Origin: Terriglobales bacterium
GTDB taxonomy: Bacteria > Acidobacteriota > Terriglobia > Terriglobales > Acidobacteriaceae
NCBI GenBank assembly: GCA_035517775.1
Contig: DATIYF010000017.1
Coordinates: 14,743 to 78,742, forward strand
DNA: 64,000 nucleotides
Direction of reading: 5' to 3'
Of this stretch, positions 1 through 9,013 are shown piece by piece. The notes under the pieces are model-generated. The model was not told the DNA's origin. It saw only the letters and a list, made by a program, of their open reading frames with translations, and made no database searches. Within the stretch, counting starts at the first letter, position 1; the number at the start of each line of letters is the position of its first letter. The translations under genes were made by a program, and so were the position numbers.

Positions 1-1551
1 GTGGGAGTCAGCCGCAATGAGTTGCCGGCAGATGGAGGGCAGAGCGCCGAGAGAGATTCCCAGGACAACTTTGTCGAAATCCACCCCGCGGCGGAGCGTC
101 AGAGGCTGGTTTGACCAGCCCGACCAGGCGGATTCCAAATCAATCTTGGCCGCCTTGAGCTGATCGCCCTCTACGAGCTGATCCAAAAAAGGTTGATTGG
201 GCCAACAGGGCAGGCCGTTGATCCACTTCAGCGGCTGGTAGCCATCCGGATGTTGCGCCAGCACGCTCGGCTTCGCCGTCGCCTGCACATCCATCTCGAT
301 GGTTTCGATAAAGCGATCCTGAAGCGTGAGTTCCTTGACGCAATGAAAGAACTTGAAATTCACTCCCTGATCGCGAAGGGCAAGGTAGATGGGGCTGAAG
401 ATGGTATCTCCCATGCCGCTTTGCATCTTGTAAGAGTAGGAGCCGCAGTAGCCGAAGAACATCTGCAGCATGCCGCGCAGGGTGGTGCCGGCCTCCATGG
501 ACGCCCCTTTCGGGCGCACTCCAGGGCCGCCTGCCGTATCGCCATCCACGAAGGCGAAGCAGGCGTCGTAGAGTCCTTCGATCAGCGGCGACCAGGGCTC
601 AGAGCAGCCGTGGCGCTCGATCCATTTGGAGTAGTCTTCGCGGTTGATGCTTTCGAAGCCGGCGTTGAGCAGATCGTCGGCGAAGATGCCGCGCACATTG
701 GTCACGCCAAGATCGAGAATCTGCCAGGCGTGGCGAAGGTCGTCGTTGGTTGCGAGCAGATCTGCGATCGCTTCTCTCAGGCGCTTGAGAAAAAGACCGA
801 GCAGGTAGGCGATAAGCTTATCGCCGAGCCGCGCCAGCAGCCGGTGGTGCACCGGGCGCACGTGGCGCTCGCGGACGTGCGGGCTGGCGGCAATCACGCT
901 CACCCGCGCCAGTAAGGACTCCTGTTTCGTCTCCGTGGGCGGCGGTGCAGCCTCGAGGCCGAAGACTTTGCAGACGAAGCGATAGGCCTTGCCCAGCCAG
1001 ATCACAAACTTGTTGTTGCGCAACTCAATCTTCTCGAGGTTGGCCCCTCCTTTTTGCCGGATGGTTTCTTCGTGATTGAGCAGCCAGTCCAGCGCGTAAA
1101 GCAGTTGCTCCCAGACGTCGGGCATGGGATCGCCGGGCGTTCCCGGCCGCGGCGGGAAGCTGATATGCCAGGGCTTCCACGCCCCGCCCACGTTTTCCAT
1201 TGCGCTCGAATGGTCGAGGGGCGACATGGCCTCAGGAATGCACAGCTGAAACGGGCTGTCCGGTGTCAGATTGTGATCTTTCAAGTACTGGTAGCAATCG
1301 CGCAGCATTTGAAAGGCGGTGTTGTAGAAGCCGAACCAGACGTGGGGACCGTGCTCTTCAATGCGTTCGCCAATGTCGGCATTGCGTCCGCAGGCGCCCT
1401 TACCACCCAGCCGCCAGCCCAGTTGATAGATGGTGATTTCGTATTTCTCCTGCCAGGCGGGCTGCCTGGTCAGCGCCCAGGCGGTGGTCATGGAGCCGAC
1501 TCCGCCCCCCAGGATGGCAATCTTTTCTTTTTTAGCAGTAGAGGTTGGCAT
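1..1551 (-). CDS. FAD/NAD(P)-binding oxidoreductase, amine-oxidase/phytoene-desaturase-like (C-terminal part lies outside the window)
   Basis: Absent from the ORF track because it runs off the left edge. My reverse-complement translation from the ATG at 1551-1549 gives MPTSTAKKEKIAILGGGVGSMTTAWALTRQPAWQEKYEITIYQLGWRLGGKG..., with a GxGxxG Rossmann motif. It stays open in frame to position 1 (517 codons). It is colinear with and clearly paralogous to the product of 1569..3812. Confidence 0.8.
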   Translation of the reverse strand, partial: MPTSTAKKEKIAILGGGVGSMTTAWALTRQPAWQEKYEITIYQLGWRLGGKGACGRNADIGERIEEHGPHVWFGFYNTAFQMLRDCYQYLKDHNLTPDSPFQLCIPEAMSPLDHSSAMENVGGAWKPWHISFPPRPGTPGDPMPDVWEQLLYALDWLLNHEETIRQKGGANLEKIELRNNKFVIWLGKAYRFVCKVFGLEAAPPPTETKQESLLARVSVIAASPHVRERHVRPVHHRLLARLGDKLIAYLLGLFLKRLREAIADLLATNDDLRHAWQILDLGVTNVRGIFADDLLNAGFESINREDYSKWIERHGCSEPWSPLIEGLYDACFAFVDGDTAGGPGVRPKGASMEAGTTLRGMLQMFFGYCGSYSYKMQSGMGDTIFSPIYLALRDQGVNFKFFHCVKELTLQDRFIETIEMDVQATAKPSVLAQHPDGYQPLKWINGLPCWPNQPFLDQLVEGDQLKAAKIDLESAWSGWSNQPLTLRRGVDFDKVVLGISLGALPSICRQLIAADSH

Positions 1552-1568
1552 CGCCGCCTTCGGAAATC

Positions 1569-3812
1569 TTAACTGGCCCGCTCGCCCGCCCACATCGGTG
1601 TAGCGCTGGCCGTCGCAACGGTGGGCGGGGCATGGCGCGGACCCATCTCGTCGTAGCCCCCGAGTATCTCAAGGGGATAATCCGAGACGCCTTGCGCCGC
1701 CTGAATTCCTGACATTACCGCTGCCTCAACCGAGCCCGCGTCCAGCCCGTTCAGAGTCCAGTCGCCGGCCAGATAGAGATTGGCGAAGCCGGAATCGTCG
1801 GAGCGCAGGCGGCAAAACTTGCTGTTGACGGTGGAGAGAACGTAGCGCTCCGTAGGCTGCACATTGGCCCGCCAGTACTGCGAATCGAAGCGGGCTTCGC
1901 CCTGCGCGCCAGGCGGCGCTGCCAGAACGTTCCAGTCGAACTCTTTCTTGCCGGATGGAGAAACGGCGCTTGGCCACAAACTGACCAGGCTCGAGCGAAG
2001 GAAGTTCAGCGCCTGCTGCTTGACGCGGGCGGCCTCTTCACTGGCGGGCGGCAAAGGGCCCTCTGATTCTTCAAGCGGGCCAACGAAGTAGTGAACGCTT
2101 TCCACGCCCGCCGAAGGCGGCCAGCATTCCCGCAGCCGCACCTGGCTCATGTCGAGCCAGGTCGAGTACGGCTCGACAAAGGCTTCGGCGAGCGGCTGGC
2201 CCGTACTGCCGCACAACTGCTCCGAAGTGCGCGCGGCCCAGAGCTGGAAGAATTGCGTCTGCACGGTTTGCACGCCGTCAAGCATTCGCTTCCAGCGCGC
2301 GTTGCGCTCCAGGCTGGCGGTAATCGGGCGCAGCGCGGCAACGGATATGCCCAGGACCACCTTGTCGAAGTCTTCGCCCAGCCGGAGCACCCGGGTTTTC
2401 GCCGGGGCACCAGCCGCGGGCCACGACTCGAAATCAACGCCTTTGAGTTTGTCGCCCTCCTCCAGTTGGTCGTAAAGCGGCTCGACCGGCCAGCAACGCA
2501 AGCCGCCGATGGGATCGAGCAAAGGCCGGTACGCTCCCGGCCCGCCTTTTACCGTAGCCTGAACGTCCATTTCGATCGCGGCAACTTCGGCGCCCTCGGC
2601 CGACAGCACGAGATTCGTCGTCCGATGGAAGAAAACGAACTTCACCCCCAGATCGGCCAGCGCCAAATACAAGGGCGTAAATACGGTCTCGCCCATGCCC
2701 GCCTGCATTTTGTAGGAGAACGCGCCCGAATAGCCGGCGAACATGCGCAGCAAGGCGCTGACCGCCGTGCCCGCCGCCAGGTTGGCGCTGGCCGGCCGCT
2801 CATTGGGACGGTCGGGTGGCGCGGCTTTGCCTTTTTCATAGTGCGCGCCGGAGTCGTAGATGCCATGGACCGGCGCCGACCAATATTCGTAGCTGCCGTG
2901 CTTTTGCAGCCAATGAGAATAATCAATGTTCTCGATAGCGTTGAATCCTTTGAACAGCACATCGTCGGCCAGCAGGCCGTAAATCGCCGTCACCCCCAGA
3001 TCGAGCATTTCCCAGAGATGGCGGATTTCGTCGTGCTCCTCGAGCAGGTGCTTGATGTCCTGGTAAATGCGCTTGCGAAACTGGCCCAGAAGAAACTTCA
3101 TGAGCCACGCGCCGAGGCGGTAGAACCAGGAAGCGATTCCCGAAGGGCGGGCCCGCGGATCCAGTTGAGGAGCGCGCGCCAGACGGTGGGCCTTGTGCAG
3201 CAATGTGTCCTGGCGCTGCGCCGGTGGCAAAGGCTGGCCGCGTCGCGCTGCCAGCCAGGCGAAGCCGCGATCCAGCCAATGTGCCAGCGGGCGCGAGCCT
3301 TTCGCCGGCGTGGCGGCCGGGGTCAGCTCCTCGAGGTCTTCAAACCAGCCGAGCAGCAGGCCAAGTGCGTCCACCACGTGGGTCCATGGGTGCGGGTCGC
3401 CGGGCTGCAGGGGATTCCCCGGCCGGTCGGACAAAGAAACCACCCACTGCTTCCAACAGCCCCCGACATATTCCATGAATGTGCCATCGCGCTTGGCATG
3501 AAAGGCGTCGCTCCACGACTGAAAGGGACTGCCCGGAGTCAGGTTGTGTTGAGAGCAATAGTCGTAGGCCTCGGCGATCACCCGGAAGGCGTTGAAGTAA
3601 AATCCGAACCAGATGTGCGGCCCGTGCTCTTCGATTCGCCACGCCCCGTTAAAATGGCGCCTCGAAGAGGCGCCCTTGCCGCCCAGGCGCCAGCCGTTCT
3701 GATAGATGGTTATGTCGTAGCGGTCCTGCCAGTTGGGGACCCTGGTAAGAGCGTAGGCCGTCGCCAACGCGCCGACCCCTCCACCCAGGATCGCGACTCT
3801 TTCTTTCGGCAT
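1569..3812 (-). CDS. large FAD/NAD(P)-binding oxidoreductase, amine-oxidase/phytoene-desaturase-like (747 aa)
   Basis: N-terminal VAILGGGVGALATAYAL dinucleotide-binding motif. C-terminal FANLYLAGDWTLNGLDAGSVEAAVMSGIQAA is typical of the flavin amine-oxidase/desaturase fold. Long central insertion. Its stop lies 17 nt upstream of the paralog's start at 1551. Confidence 0.85.
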   Translation of the reverse strand: MPKERVAILGGGVGALATAYALTRVPNWQDRYDITIYQNGWRLGGKGASSRRHFNGAWRIEEHGPHIWFGFYFNAFRVIAEAYDYCSQHNLTPGSPFQSWSDAFHAKRDGTFMEYVGGCWKQWVVSLSDRPGNPLQPGDPHPWTHVVDALGLLLGWFEDLEELTPAATPAKGSRPLAHWLDRGFAWLAARRGQPLPPAQRQDTLLHKAHRLARAPQLDPRARPSGIASWFYRLGAWLMKFLLGQFRKRIYQDIKHLLEEHDEIRHLWEMLDLGVTAIYGLLADDVLFKGFNAIENIDYSHWLQKHGSYEYWSAPVHGIYDSGAHYEKGKAAPPDRPNERPASANLAAGTAVSALLRMFAGYSGAFSYKMQAGMGETVFTPLYLALADLGVKFVFFHRTTNLVLSAEGAEVAAIEMDVQATVKGGPGAYRPLLDPIGGLRCWPVEPLYDQLEEGDKLKGVDFESWPAAGAPAKTRVLRLGEDFDKVVLGISVAALRPITASLERNARWKRMLDGVQTVQTQFFQLWAARTSEQLCGSTGQPLAEAFVEPYSTWLDMSQVRLRECWPPSAGVESVHYFVGPLEESEGPLPPASEEAARVKQQALNFLRSSLVSLWPSAVSPSGKKEFDWNVLAAPPGAQGEARFDSQYWRANVQPTERYVLSTVNSKFCRLRSDDSGFANLYLAGDWTLNGLDAGSVEAAVMSGIQAAQGVSDYPLEILGGYDEMGPRHAPPTVATASATPMWAGERAS

Positions 3813-3945
3813 TTTGGGTTAACATATTCATGCCTCGAACTGGGGGGAGTCAATTACATTCCTCGCGAAACGTGTCCCCGATTTCGAGAGACACGGCAGA
3901 TGCCAGGGGATCAACCACCCAATCTAGCGGCGGCGTTGATCTGCT

Positions 3946-6900
3946 ATGAGCGCCCGGTCAGAGAGTTTCAAGCCATCCGAGCGATTTACCCTGCTGCGGC
4001 GCGTGGGCGCCGGCGGCATGGGCCTGGTCTATGAAGCTTACGATCAGGAACGCAAAGTGCGGGTTGCGCTCAAGACCCTGTCGCGCCTCGATCCCGAACG
4101 GCTCTATCTGTTCAAACAGGAATTCCGCGCGCTCGCCGACATCACTCACCCCAACCTGGCCAAGTTGTACGAGCTGATCTCGGAAGACGGCGAGTGGTAC
4201 TTCACGATGGAGTTTGTGGACGGGCGCAACCTGCTGGAATTCGCCTGGCAGCGGCCGCCGGAGGCAATTCCCACTCCCGGCCGCGACAGCGGGACTGACA
4301 CGACGCCCACTGCTTCCCTGAGCACGGTTCCCTTGGGGGTGGTGGCGCGGCCGAAACCCATGGGTCCACTCCGCCGCACCGAACGCCGCGCATCTTTCGA
4401 CTCGATTCGCAGTGTGCTCCGGCAAATGGTGGATGGCATCAATTTTCTGCACGGCGCGGGCAAGCTGCATCGCGACATCAAGCCTTCCAACATCATGGTC
4501 ACCGATGAGGGCCACGTGGTGCTGCTCGATTTCGGCCTGATCAGCGAGATTCTCCAAAATACCCCCAAGACGGGTTTCATTTCCGGCACCGTGGCCTACA
4601 TGCCCCCAGAGCAGGCAGTGGGTGCTCCCTTGACCGAAGCTGCCGATTGGTACGCCGCCGGATGCACGCTGTATGAGGTGCTCACCGGCCGGCTGCCGTT
4701 TGAGGGAGACGATGAGGCGATCATCAAGGCTAAGCTCGGCACGGACCCGCCTTCTCCCCAAAGCGTAATGCCGGGGATTCCTCCCGACCTTGCCCAGCTG
4801 GCGACCGACCTGCTTCGGCGCCTGCCCGAAGAGCGGCCGCCGGGAAGTGAGATTGTGCGGCGTGTGGGCGGTCCACCGGACGCCCAGGCAGAGCCGGAAC
4901 TTCGCCCTGCGCTGCAGACTTTGCTGGTCGGACGCGAGCACCATCTGGAACAGTTGCGCCGCTTTCTTTCGACCGCCGAATCCCGCAAGCCGGTGCTGAC
5001 CTTTGTTCACGGGCCTTCCGGCTTCGGCAAAACGGCTTTAATTGATGCATTTCTGGATGAATTGTCGCGCAACAACCGCGGGCTGGTGTTGCGGGGCCGC
5101 TGCTACGAGCAGGAATCGGTTCCCTACAAGGCCTTTGACAGCCTGGTGGATTCGCTGGTGCGCTATCTGCAAACTCTGCCCGAGGAAGAGCGCGAAACCG
5201 TGCTGCCCCATAACCGGCAGGCGCTGGCGCAGTTGTTTCCCGTGACCCAGCGCATCGTCCGCAGCGAGACTCCTTTGCCCGATTTGCGGCCTCCCGACCG
5301 GCTCGAGCTGCGGCGCATGGCTTTCGACGCGCTCTGGGAGCTGTTTCAGCGATTGGCATCGCGCCAGCCGCTGGTGCTTTTTATTGATGACCTCCACTGG
5401 GGCGATCTCGACAGCGCCCTGCTGCTGGCGGAAATTCTGCGCTCCAGCGGCCGCCTGCCGCTGCTGATCGTGTGCTGCTACCGCAGCGAGTATGCCCAAA
5501 CCAGCGCATGCCTGAAAGCCATTTGGGAGTCGCGCTTCGATGCTTCGGTGGAAAGGCGCGAGCTTGTGGTCGGCCCCCTGGATACCACCGACTCAGAGCG
5601 CCTTGCCCTCACCGTGCTCACGGGAGATATGCAGACCCGCAGGCAGCGGGCGCAGGCCATCGCCAGCGAAGCCAAGGGAAGCCCGTTCTTCGTGATGGAG
5701 CTGGCCAGTTACATTCGCGAAGAGCAGACCAACCTCGCCGGGGAAGGGAAGCCCGGCCCGCGAACCTCCGAGGTCGGTCTCGACCAGATGCTATGGCAGC
5801 GTGTCTGTCAACTGCCGGAGCAGGCCCGCGCTTTGCTGGAAGTGGTGGCGGTTTCCGGGCAGCCGCTGCGCCGGCGCGACGCCTGCCGCGCCGCCACTCA
5901 AGGTGTGGACGATCCATCAGTGATGAACGTGTTGCGCACCGCGCGCCTGGTTCGCAGCGCAGGCATGACGCGGGAAGACGAAATCGAAACCTACCACGAT
6001 CGCATCCGGGAATCCATCATGGCCTGCCTGGCGCCCCAGGTTCGGCGCGAACACCATCGCAAGCTGGCCCGCACGCTCGAAGAGGCGGGAGGCGATCCCG
6101 AACGGCTGGCCGTCCATTTCCATGAGGGCGGCGACGCGCGCAAGGCCGGACAATACTACCGCCTGGGCGCCGGCCGCGCCTCTCAGGCGCTGGCCTTCGA
6201 TCGCGCCTGCGGCCTGTATCAGAAGGCCCTGGAGCTGCTTGAACCCAGAGATGTCGCGCGCCACGAGCTTACGGTTCAACTGGCGGATGCCCTGGCCAAC
6301 GCCGGCCGGGGTCCGCAGGCGGCGCAGCAGTATCTGGCAGCCTGCGCCACGGCCCCGCCTCAGGAAATCGTCCCTTTAAAGCAGAAGGCGGCCTACCAGT
6401 TCTGCGCCAGCGGCCACGTGGACCAGGGCAAAGAAACCTTTCGCCAGGTGCTGGCGGCAGTGGGCACGAGTCTGCCACAGAGTCCACGAGCCGCCGTCGC
6501 CTCGTTGTTGTGGCATAAGTTCCGCCTGCAATTGCGCGGGCTCAACTTTCGCGAACAACCCGCCAGCGCCGTACCACCGGCCGTGCTCATTCGCCTGAAT
6601 GCGCTCTCCTTTGCCGCCACCGGGCTGGGCATGGTGGACCTGGTTGCCGGCGCCGACTTCGCCGCCCGCTTCCTGCTCCTCTCGCTGCAAGTGGGCGAAC
6701 TTGCCCACGTCTCGCGGGCCCTGGCCTGGCATGCCATGCAGTCAAGCGGATCCGGCGGTCCACTCGCCGAAACGAAGGGCATGCCGCTGTTGGCGCTTAC
6801 GCGCGCGGCCGCCGAACGCAGTGGTGATCCCTTAGCCCTGGCCTGGTCGCGGCTGGCGGCCGGTGTCGCTCATCTACAGTTTTGCAGATGGCGCTCCTCC

Positions 6901-7746
6901 ATCGAGATGCTGGAAGAGACCCTGACCTTCCTCCGCAAGGACTGCCGCGATGTCGCCTGGGAGATCGCTACTGCCCGCACCTGCCAACTGCTGTCTCTCA
7001 ATGGGCTGGGCGAGTACAGGCAGCTGGGCGAAAAATATCCTGCCCTGTTGAAGGATGCAACTGAACGCGGTGACGTGTACGCCGCCACCAATATTGGAAC
7101 CTGGATCGTGCCTCCGGGCCGGCTGGCGGCCGATGATCCACGCGGCGCGCGCGAAAGCATTCACGAATACGGATCGCGCTGGTCGCAGTCCGGCTTCCAC
7201 CTTCAGCATCTATGGGCCTTGATTTCCGAGACTTACGTAGACTTGTATGAGGGAGCGGGGCGCCAGGCGGTGCAGAGGCTGGAGCAGCAGTGGCCGGCCG
7301 CCAGCGGTTCGCTGCTGTTCCGCATTTATTTGCCGCGAACTTTCTCCTACCATGTGCGCGCCCGGGCTTACCTGCAAGCCGCCGAGACTGCCGCCGATCC
7401 CAAGCCCTTGCTGGCGCGCGTCCTGCACGACTGCCGCACCCTTGAACAGGAGAAAACCCGCTTTACCTTCGCTAAGGTTTTGCTGCTTCGGGCGGGGGTC
7501 GCTGCCGTCAGCCGCAACCAGGAAGCGGCCGTCGCCTTATTGCGCCAGGCCGAGCGGGCCTACCTGGATGTCGAAATGAACGCCTATCTGGCGGCCGCCC
7601 GCTATCATCTGGCCCGCCTGGTCGGCGGCGATGAGGGCCGCGAGTTCCAACGGCTCGCGGACGAATGGATGACGCAACAGAGCGTGCGAAACCCCCAGCG
7701 GATGGTGGCACTGCACGCCCCCGGTTTTTCGACTCTCGGCGGTTAG
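3946..7746 (+). CDS. Ser/Thr protein kinase fused to a P-loop AAA (STAND-like) ATPase and TPR/helical-repeat domain (1266 aa)
   Basis: Kinase motifs: GAGGMGLVY, VALK, HRDIKPSNIM, DFG, GTVAYMPPE. Then Walker A GPSGFGKT and Walker B LVLFIDDLHWGD, followed by a long helical repeat C-terminus. Transcribed divergently from 1569..3812. Confidence 0.9.
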   Translation: MSARSESFKPSERFTLLRRVGAGGMGLVYEAYDQERKVRVALKTLSRLDPERLYLFKQEFRALADITHPNLAKLYELISEDGEWYFTMEFVDGRNLLEFAWQRPPEAIPTPGRDSGTDTTPTASLSTVPLGVVARPKPMGPLRRTERRASFDSIRSVLRQMVDGINFLHGAGKLHRDIKPSNIMVTDEGHVVLLDFGLISEILQNTPKTGFISGTVAYMPPEQAVGAPLTEAADWYAAGCTLYEVLTGRLPFEGDDEAIIKAKLGTDPPSPQSVMPGIPPDLAQLATDLLRRLPEERPPGSEIVRRVGGPPDAQAEPELRPALQTLLVGREHHLEQLRRFLSTAESRKPVLTFVHGPSGFGKTALIDAFLDELSRNNRGLVLRGRCYEQESVPYKAFDSLVDSLVRYLQTLPEEERETVLPHNRQALAQLFPVTQRIVRSETPLPDLRPPDRLELRRMAFDALWELFQRLASRQPLVLFIDDLHWGDLDSALLLAEILRSSGRLPLLIVCCYRSEYAQTSACLKAIWESRFDASVERRELVVGPLDTTDSERLALTVLTGDMQTRRQRAQAIASEAKGSPFFVMELASYIREEQTNLAGEGKPGPRTSEVGLDQMLWQRVCQLPEQARALLEVVAVSGQPLRRRDACRAATQGVDDPSVMNVLRTARLVRSAGMTREDEIETYHDRIRESIMACLAPQVRREHHRKLARTLEEAGGDPERLAVHFHEGGDARKAGQYYRLGAGRASQALAFDRACGLYQKALELLEPRDVARHELTVQLADALANAGRGPQAAQQYLAACATAPPQEIVPLKQKAAYQFCASGHVDQGKETFRQVLAAVGTSLPQSPRAAVASLLWHKFRLQLRGLNFREQPASAVPPAVLIRLNALSFAATGLGMVDLVAGADFAARFLLLSLQVGELAHVSRALAWHAMQSSGSGGPLAETKGMPLLALTRAAAERSGDPLALAWSRLAAGVAHLQFCRWRSSIEMLEETLTFLRKDCRDVAWEIATARTCQLLSLNGLGEYRQLGEKYPALLKDATERGDVYAATNIGTWIVPPGRLAADDPRGARESIHEYGSRWSQSGFHLQHLWALISETYVDLYEGAGRQAVQRLEQQWPAASGSLLFRIYLPRTFSYHVRARAYLQAAETAADPKPLLARVLHDCRTLEQEKTRFTFAKVLLLRAGVAAVSRNQEAAVALLRQAERAYLDVEMNAYLAAARYHLARLVGGDEGREFQRLADEWMTQQSVRNPQRMVALHAPGFSTLGG

Positions 7747-8768
7747 CTGGCTGCCCGCAAGTCTGGGGAACTGCTCGGCGGCGCTTCGCCCGGTCCGACT
7801 GTCTGCACAGTCCAGGGTATTTCGATATTGGGATCATCGTCGGAGGTCAGCCGCCAGGGCAAATAGACCCGTACCGCGCCATAGGGCTCCTGCTCAATTC
7901 CCTTCCAGGTATATTTGCCCGGTAAAACGGGAAACAGGTTTTTGTCGGGCACTTCTAACGTGGCTGCGGGAAGATCCCACGCCATGGCATTGGCGACGTC
8001 CAGTTCGAAAAAAGTCCGGACCGGAATGCCAAAGAATCCGTTGGCAATGATATTGGGAATCAGCAATCGCCTGATGTCGTTGAACCGCGGGAAGTGACTG
8101 ATCTTGTTGACGGTAGCCGAGGCGGTGAAAGTCAACTTGAGCAGAGGCTGGCCGGTGAGCAGGGTTGCAACCTTGAAGGCATAATCGAAGGGCGGATCGC
8201 CCGCGCCGGTCAGGGTCACTCGCTCCCAGAACTTAGGATAGCCACTCAGCCGCCCGAAGATGGTCGGCATCAGCCGATTGAGATAAAGCCGGTACGGGTA
8301 AAGATACGGGCCTTTGTACTTGTACTGACCCCCGGGAACGGAGACCCGCGGAATTGCCGCCAGAAACTCACTGTAATTGAGGCCGAGAAAGGAATAGCGG
8401 TAAGACCGGGCGTTCTCGAATGTCCCGAAACCGAGCACAACCGGGTAAGAGCCATTATGAACCGCCTTCGGGTCCGTGAGCATACCGTTGGGCAGGATGG
8501 ATTGGGCATCCTCAGGTTTGACGTTTGCAATCAAAAATGTGGCGATGTAGTTGCCGGTCCAGCAGTGGCGGGCTTTGCAGGGCGATTGCGCTCCCACCTC
8601 GGGGTCCCAGCTGGAGAGCCCGGGGGGATAGTACTGCAGCGAGGGCTGCAGTGGTACCAAGGGGCCGACCAGCGGTGTTGGCCCCGAAGACGCCTGCGAA
8701 AGCAGAACGGGAGCAACCTGCCCAAGCAGGGCCCCGAGCGCTGACCATCGGCCTAAGCCTTGAAACAT
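7743..8768 (-). CDS. secreted hypothetical protein, possibly acetoacetate-decarboxylase-like beta-cone fold
   Basis: 341-aa ORF with a hydrophobic N-terminus (ALGALLGQVAPVLL). The motif FGRLSGYPKF resembles the GRE.wG.PK Schiff-base lysine motif of the ADC family. The family assignment is from memory only. Confidence 0.55.
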   Translation of the reverse strand: MFQGLGRWSALGALLGQVAPVLLSQASSGPTPLVGPLVPLQPSLQYYPPGLSSWDPEVGAQSPCKARHCWTGNYIATFLIANVKPEDAQSILPNGMLTDPKAVHNGSYPVVLGFGTFENARSYRYSFLGLNYSEFLAAIPRVSVPGGQYKYKGPYLYPYRLYLNRLMPTIFGRLSGYPKFWERVTLTGAGDPPFDYAFKVATLLTGQPLLKLTFTASATVNKISHFPRFNDIRRLLIPNIIANGFFGIPVRTFFELDVANAMAWDLPAATLEVPDKNLFPVLPGKYTWKGIEQEPYGAVRVYLPWRLTSDDDPNIEIPWTVQTVGPGEAPPSSSPDLRAAS

Positions 8769-9013
8769 CGCACCCTCTATCGCCGGCCCCGGAAGCCGGG
8801 TCTGAAAGTGTACCTACTCCGACCTGTCCTCGCAACGGAAAAGAGATTATTCGGAATTCCCGTCTCACTGTTAGACTGTAGGACTACCAATCCAGCACTA
8901 ATCCCGGTTCTGTAGCGGTCTCGTTCTGTGGGATGCCTCAGCCCCAAGACCGCCGTTTTCGTGAGGAAACGCAGTAATTTGCCGAAGAGTGCCGATCCGC
9001 TGCACGTCCCGGC

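Noticed and set aside
2091-4034. Long ORFs antisense to confident genes, for example 2091..4034(+), 25615..26859(+), 32676..34574(-), 35474..37060(-), 42418..43941(+), 45283..46971(-), 55343..57385(+), 38378..39340(-)
   Set aside because: Each lies opposite a gene with clear family motifs. Their translations are Arg/Ala/Gly/Pro-rich with no recognisable domains, as expected for shadow ORFs in high-GC DNA.
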